The notes under the pieces are model-generated. The model made no database searches. It saw only the letters and a list, made by a program, of their open reading frames with translations, and was not told the DNA's origin. A stretch of 64,000 nt of DNA from Podospora anserina (taxonomy: Eukaryota): NCBI GenBank assembly GCA_017654855.1, contig CM030337.1, forward strand, positions 124,001 through 188,000, in the 5' to 3' direction. This document shows positions 61,795 to 64,000 of the stretch, one piece after another (positions within the stretch are counted from its first letter, which is position 1; each line of letters starts with the position of its first letter). A program made the position numbers and the translations under genes.

Positions 61795-62913
61795 ATGGAT
61801 TCGCCACTCCGCCACGAACTCAATCTCGCACTTGGCCTAGCTCGCCAAGCTGCCTTGATCAGCCGGACCGTCTTATCTGAGTTCCTTCTCACTCACCAGA
61901 AAAGCGAGGTTGATTCGGTAACAAAAAGCGACTTCAGCCCCGTTACTGTGGCCGACTTTGCCATTCAGGCCCTTCTGGCTGGCACCCTCAGTAAGGCATT
62001 CCCCGACGATGGGCTAGTGGGTGAGGAATCGGCAGACGAGCTGAGGAAAGACCCTCGACTGCTGCAAAAGGTTGCGGCCGTGTTAAAAGTCGTAAAAGGC
62101 TGGGAGGCAAGAGACGAGAATCATGTGTGTGATGTCATTGACCTCTGCAAAGGCGAGGGGAAGGGAAGGACGTGGGTATTTGATCCCATTGATGGCACCA
62201 AGACATTCCTCAAGGGACAGCAATATGCCATCAATATTGCCTTGTTGGCAGAAGGGGAAGGTTGGCGGGGCAGGGAGGAAGTCATGAGTGTGGTGGCTTG
62301 TCCGCTCTTGGACTGGACGCTGGGAGCCATGGGGGGGGCAACGGTGATAAATGACGCGTCTGTGGACAAAACAAGGAAAGGGGCAGTGATTTACTGTGTC
62401 AAAGGCCATGGGGTTTTCGTCGAACCATTGTTCAACAAGACAGACGACGAAAAGCCGAGACGGGTCCCTCAACATGCAGGCCAAGTCACGGCAATCGAGG
62501 AACTGAAGAGTGTGACCTGCTGGCAGAGTCTAGACTCGGGAGTTGACACGATGCATGAAAGGGTAGCTGAAAGACTGGGCATGGACTTTCCGGGGAACGA
62601 CCTTCTCGGATGGGTAAATCGATGGGTGTGCCTTGCGCTTGGCCTAGCAAACACCACGATATGGGTATACAAAAAGAGAGAGAGAAAGGCAAAAATATGG
62701 GATCATGCGGGTGCCATGCTTCTTTTTAAGGAGGTTGGTGGCAAAATTACGGATGTGGATGGGAAAGATATCGATTTGACCCAGGGGAGGCTGTTGAGCC
62801 AAAATTTCGGCTTCCTGGCGGCACCACAAAGGGTTCATGGATTGGTGTTGGCAGCAGTGAAAGAGGCCATGAGGGAAAGAGAAAATCTTAACACGGTGAG
62901 CGGATCTACCTGA
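61795..62913 (+). CDS. Inositol monophosphatase-family 3'(2'),5'-bisphosphate nucleotidase (HAL2/MET22-like)
   Basis: KSDFSPVTVADFAIQA, VGEES, WVFDPIDGTKTF, KIWDHAG, EVGGKITDVDG; alternative ATG at 61780. Confidence 0.88.
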   Translation: MDSPLRHELNLALGLARQAALISRTVLSEFLLTHQKSEVDSVTKSDFSPVTVADFAIQALLAGTLSKAFPDDGLVGEESADELRKDPRLLQKVAAVLKVVKGWEARDENHVCDVIDLCKGEGKGRTWVFDPIDGTKTFLKGQQYAINIALLAEGEGWRGREEVMSVVACPLLDWTLGAMGGATVINDASVDKTRKGAVIYCVKGHGVFVEPLFNKTDDEKPRRVPQHAGQVTAIEELKSVTCWQSLDSGVDTMHERVAERLGMDFPGNDLLGWVNRWVCLALGLANTTIWVYKKRERKAKIWDHAGAMLLFKEVGGKITDVDGKDIDLTQGRLLSQNFGFLAAPQRVHGLVLAAVKEAMRERENLNTVSGST

Positions 62914-64000
62914 TGCTGGCTTCTGCTGGTTTCCAGGCAAACGTTTCTTCATGATTCTAGCTGCATACATTTCGTCAACTGATCGGCAGTCATCATAACT
63001 CAGTAGTTTATGAGCAAGAGTAAATGGAACTAGAACTGGTCCCCGAATCTTCCAGTAGCAACTTTGCCACGTGGGAGAAAGTGTTGACTGCTCGCTTACA
63101 CGGACAGTCTTCCGGCGAGACTAGGACGTGAGTCTGACAAACTGTGAGACATTAAATCAAAAGCCACGTGGGGAATTCAAAGACTTGGGCACCGAGCTCA
63201 TTGTGCAAAGAGCGACTCGGGACCCAGAACCCAGCGACCAGCCGTTGGGTCCGCAGTAACAGTGGCGGTCTATCCATCTCTTCGAGTATGAATGTCATAC
63301 CCAGCTTGGGCTCATTTGCATATATCACTGGGGTTCCATAGAAGTCTAGATGGCTGTGGAGTTTGCCCTCGAGAATTGACAACTTGGTGCCGTGGCAGTG
63401 CCTGGGTAACTAATATCCCCACATTGGCAACAGACAAAACACAGAGAACAAAGCGGCAGTTTCTTTTCTTTCCTGTTGAACCAGCGAAATGCCCAGAATC
63501 TCGATGAGGAGGATGGCAGGCCATCCTCCTGCACCTCGGTTTTCCCGGATGGCCTGGTCGGAAGAAACCGAAGATTGAGTAGCACCGGCATCCAGACAAA
63601 CCCCCCAAAGGATAAAACTCAAGGGAAGGAAGAGAACGTGGCTTGTGGGGCAGAACATGGAAGGGTGTGACTGCTCGGTTGTCGGTTGACAGCGACTTGC
63701 CGCCTCGCCCGCCGCAGCACATGGCATATATACATACCATGTGTTTGATTACTTGACGCCAGGAAGGCCCGAAGCGGCCCAGAACAGACGAGAAAATGAA
63801 CGAATGGGACAAGTTTCCCCGCACCCCAGAAAATGGTGCCCACCCCCTTTTCCCTATCATCTCCATGTTTACCCCAGATGTATTTCACGTTATATTCCCA
63901 AACCCCATTTAGAAATGTTTGGTTCTGTCCTCCCATACGTCACTTGTCTGGTTCTTAATGTACCCAACACCAAGCGAGGGCGGCTGCGTGTGAGCAGCGT

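Noticed and set aside
21394-62913. Possible sulfur/methionine cluster (MUP1, MetE-like, MET22-like)
   Set aside because: The genes are 16-21 kb apart with unrelated genes between them; probably coincidence.
63152-63591. Short minus-strand ORFs including a CCQCG motif
   Set aside because: Short, with no convincing splice structure or family; cannot be supported as a gene.

Overview
Gene-dense, intron-containing nuclear DNA of a filamentous ascomycete. Gene content, short GT-AG introns with CTAAC/CTGAC branch points and repeat style suggest Sordariales, possibly Podospora; this is inference. About 22 protein-coding loci and one tRNA-Gly(GCC) are supported, including a HET-domain protein, an SH3-like/GH24 muramidase, a Pho89/PHO-4 phosphate symporter, a MUP1-like methionine permease, a GT31 glycosyltransferase, a Zn2Cys6 factor head-to-head with an AtrB-type ABC-G transporter, a two-domain lactone hydrolase, a single-barrel MetE-like enzyme, an RNAi-type RdRP, histone H2A.Z, a PIN4/Cip2-like RNA-binding protein and a HAL2/MET22-like phosphatase. 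The most striking structure is a cytochrome P450 broken by two unrelated insertions. One is a 359-bp solo LTR with a perfect 5-bp target duplication. The other is a 300-bp AT-rich, hairpin-rich piece resembling the 5' part of a mitochondrial group I intron, placed in the I-helix motif. Removing both restores a 519-aa reading frame. Other oddities are a secreted Val/Thr/His repeat protein with beta-strand periodicity, a Cys-motif gene whose ATG is out of frame at a C8 run, a membrane-anchored F-box protein and a 391-bp CpG-free island. No database searches were run; family calls come from recognised motifs.
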